A stretch of 63,027 nt of DNA, filler included, from Catajapyx aquilonaris (lineage: Eukaryota), in assembly GCA_000934665.2 (NCBI GenBank). It is 4 parts of 4 records of this genome, joined end to end, with 100 filler letters (N's around TTAATTAATTAA, not from the genome) between each part and the next. Parts side by side here need not be neighbours in the genome. Positions count along the whole stretch, not along the records: positions 47,360 to 63,027 come from JYFJ02007434.1; 3 more parts are not named here. The stretch is one strand, 5' to 3'. Within the stretch, counting starts at the first letter, position 1; each line of letters opens with the position of its first letter. Of this stretch, positions 60,324 through 63,027 are shown one piece after another. The translations under genes were made by a program, and so were the position numbers. Below the pieces are notes generated by a model. That model was given only the letters and a program-made list of their open reading frames with translations. It ran no database searches and had not been told where the DNA came from.

Positions 60324-62459
60324 ATGGAGGTATCACATCGTTGGTCTCATTGTTACTGAGGGCTTCAAACATGCACACCTAGATCATTTAAAACTAATGT
60401 TCTTACTTCTACATGACCCTGCTTTGTGTGACATTATCAGTTTGCTTTGTATTCTTCAGGTTTTACAGAAGAGTGCCTGCGATTTCATCCCACACTTCCA
60501 GGAGAAGCCTGAAAATAATAATTCAACATACTTTTTGGGTGTAATGGAAGCTGTTGAGGTAAATCATGTAATTAAAGTGTTACAACTGAATGGTCCATAG
60601 TGGTTAGTGATTATCATGTACCAAGCTACTTATTTTTAGGCAGTTACTTTGAAACAGCTACTTTAGAGGTCAAAATAATTGCTGCAAATATTAACCCTTT
60701 ATCTCCTGTGGTCATTTTGGTTGCATTATAATGCAACCAAACAAAATAGTTTGTTAAAAATTCAATGGTATAACCCCGACTGAAATTTCTTATACCATAG
60801 AAACTAGAAGAGTTACCGAAGGCTATGTTCATGAGTATTTACACCACTGCACTTGCGTGATATTTTTAATGGCAAGAAGTCTTTGGCCAAAGGTCTCATT
60901 CATTGTAAACAAACATTTACTGCACAAATTTAAATACACATAGCTCCCTGCCCCATATTTCCCTGTAAGTGGACGTGCATCTGAAAACCATTTTAAAAAT
61001 CCTGAAATTCTGCGACTTTTCGCTGGGGAAAAAATCAGAACAATCTGAAGGGTAGGCAAACTCTCCCGGCGCCATTGTGGCTGTGAAAGGCGCCTCACTC
61101 CTAATTGGCCAGCTGGACTGCTCCAAGCTCTAGGCGGTGCTCGCTTGCCACCTGAGCCGCCTTTTTTTTGCACCCGGTGACTCACATTATATCTGTTGAA
61201 ACAGGGCCTTTAAAACTTTTTTAAACGAACACTTCATGATTTCATAATTTATTAGAGGGAGAGGGCAATCATATAGAATTAGCTTGGATTGTTTTGAGAG
61301 GTGGAAGCCGCCTAATAATAACGGTGTAGATGTCGCAGTAGGATGACATCACCTTATGCATAGCGTATAATAATAATAGATACCCAGTGATGGGCCTCTT
61401 GGGGGATCATCTTTTGAATAACCGTCTTTAATCATTGCCTGCGCTGTGATGGATTTTGATTGCGGGAGGAAACGGGAGAACCCCGAGAAAACCCACGCGA
61501 ACATGGAGAGAACCCATCGAAAATCTATCCACATAAGTATCCTCCGTCCGACCCGGGGATCGAACTCGGGACCTTAGAGGTGGAAGGCTGTGGCGCTAAC
61601 CACTCCGCCACCGTGTCGCCCTTTATGCATAGCATATGAAGCGGTACATGGCTCTCTCAAGATGCAACTTGGTTTGTAGGTCTCACTGTCAGACACTTCA
61701 GCCCTATCTTGTGCATGAATCGAGAGCGAAACCAATGGTTCCAGATCCAGTGATTTGCACCTAGGGCACTATTTTAAAACCCCCATCCAAAGAGTGCAGG
61801 ATCGAGTGGGAGACAAAGGGTTAAATCAAAGGAGTGTGAACCAATGTGACCTTTTAAGCGGATACAGACTCTATAGGCTTTGCCAAATGGGTCCAACCAT
61901 TGACGTCGGGTGCCAGTGGGTCAAAAGGGGTCACTTGCACAATTCAGGATCGAGCTAATGAATGCTTCCATTCAAAATAATACTAGCAGCTAATATTTTT
62001 AATAACTGGTGGAAGAAACTGTTCAAACGTAACCGACTTAAAATTAGCAGCTTAATGAAAAGAAATTTCTAACCACTACAGCCATTTTAAAAGGAACACA
62101 CATATTAAAAGTTGTGTTGTTTAATAATAATGTTATCTTCTAGGAGTGTAATAGGCAAATAATGGAATCTGGAGCCATCGAGGTACAAAATGTAAGCAGA
62201 AAATTTTAAAAGTTATTATTCTTACTAATTATATGACTTTTTAGGAGTGCGAGTGTCAGATGAATGGAGAAAAGGGGAAGGTAAAACACGAAGAAAGCAG
62301 TAAAAATCAATGTTACTCATAATGGGACCTTTCAGACATGCAAGTGCGCAAGGGAAGCTGTAAATAATGAGCTGGCAGAAGCAGAACTACTGCCATGGAC
62401 ATACAAAGACTTCACACTACCTGATGGAAATGCTGATTTTGACTTAAAAGATGAGCATG
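60324..62459 (+). CDS. Tentative unrecognised multi-exon gene; candidate exons 60324-60329, 60460-60558, 62144-62191, 62245-62280, 62336-62459; 3' incomplete
   Basis: AG/GT-bounded segments join in phase 0 without stops: ME-VLQKSACDFIPHFQEKPENNNSTYFLGVMEAVE-ECNRQIMESGAIEVQN-ECECQMNGEKGK-TCKCAREAVNNELAEAELLPWTYKDFTLPDGNADFDLKDEH; no family recognised. Confidence 0.45.
60695..61820. mobile_element. piggyBac-like non-autonomous element containing a SINE
   Basis: TTAA|CCCTTTATCTCC ... GGAGACAAAGGG|TTAA. Confidence 0.7.
61365..61622 (-). mobile_element. tRNA-derived SINE family E with a V-domain-like core
   Basis: Head GGGCGACACGGTGGCGGAGTGGTTAGCG...GTTCGATCCC; core GTTCTCTCCATGTTCGCGTGGGTTTTCTCGGGGTTCTCCCGTTTCCTCCC; (ATT)n tail; TSD TTATGCATAGC (61354-61364, 61623-61633). 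Confidence 0.88.
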
Positions 62460-63027
62460 GTGAGTAATTTTTAAAAAAATGTGTGGGTGGGTACCTTTTA
62501 ACCATCATACCTCCAACATGTTAAAATTTTCTATGTCTGGGGTTAAGAGCGTGCTCTAGGCTCCGCATCTCATTGTTGCGGGGAGCCCGTCGCGGCCCGG
62601 CCCGTGAGTTTGACACTTCTTCCTCTCGCTGTCACGGTCGCAAATATGGAGGTATCGGCATGAAACTGGAGTATCCGGACGCGAAAGAGTTGCACTTTGA
62701 GATGGTGTGTTTATTTTTCTCCTGGGGCGATATTTGCGGCCGCCGCGGCCAGGTACAGTTTTTGATTTTGACCCGCAATCACTCCTTTCCATGTCGGTAC
62801 CTGTGAGATTCGAGCCCATGAGGAGGTTTTTACGGAGAATTACCGTAAGTGTGTGAAAGGGCACGAGTGTGGCAGTCTTGGTTTGGCCAAACTTTGGGAT
62901 CGAAAATACCCCCCTCCATGAACAATAAGAACTCGCAGGAAGAACGCGACGATCTGGCAGCGCCGCGCTGACTGCCAGTTCCGTAACCACGGCGACGGGG
63001 ATAAAGTAGAGCGCTAATTATTAGAAC

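Overview
Repeat-rich eukaryotic DNA, most likely an arthropod/insect: it has spliceosomal introns, an ionotropic-receptor gene, a (TTAGG)n tract and tRNA-derived SINEs. The window is probably not one locus. It consists of four blocks (15,694, 15,690, 15,675 and 15,668 bp, in descending length) joined by identical 100-bp N44-TTAATTAATTAA-N44 linkers, so adjacency across the gaps should not be trusted. Shared SINE and MITE families suggest all four blocks come from one genome. Supported genes: (i) a highly divergent ionotropic receptor (IR) in one large minus-strand exon (7394-9104); (ii) the first two coding exons of eIF2-beta (49766-49749, 48374-48170), cut off by the block end; (iii) a tentative unrecognised plus-strand gene with small exons (60324-62459). 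Most of the rest is non-autonomous DNA transposons (hAT, Tc1/mariner, PIF/Harbinger, Sola-, Kolobok-, piggyBac- and Helitron-like; often nested, several with clear TSDs), five tRNA-SINE families, LINE relics and minisatellites. I found no convincing wholly new biological system. The best leads are the degenerate IR, a compact RTE-type structured leader present twice, a co-varying 3' stem-loop shared by four SINE families, a V-domain-like SINE, and a (TTAGG)8 tract at a tandem-duplication junction. TE superfamily names are inferred from TIR/TSD patterns only; no database search was run.
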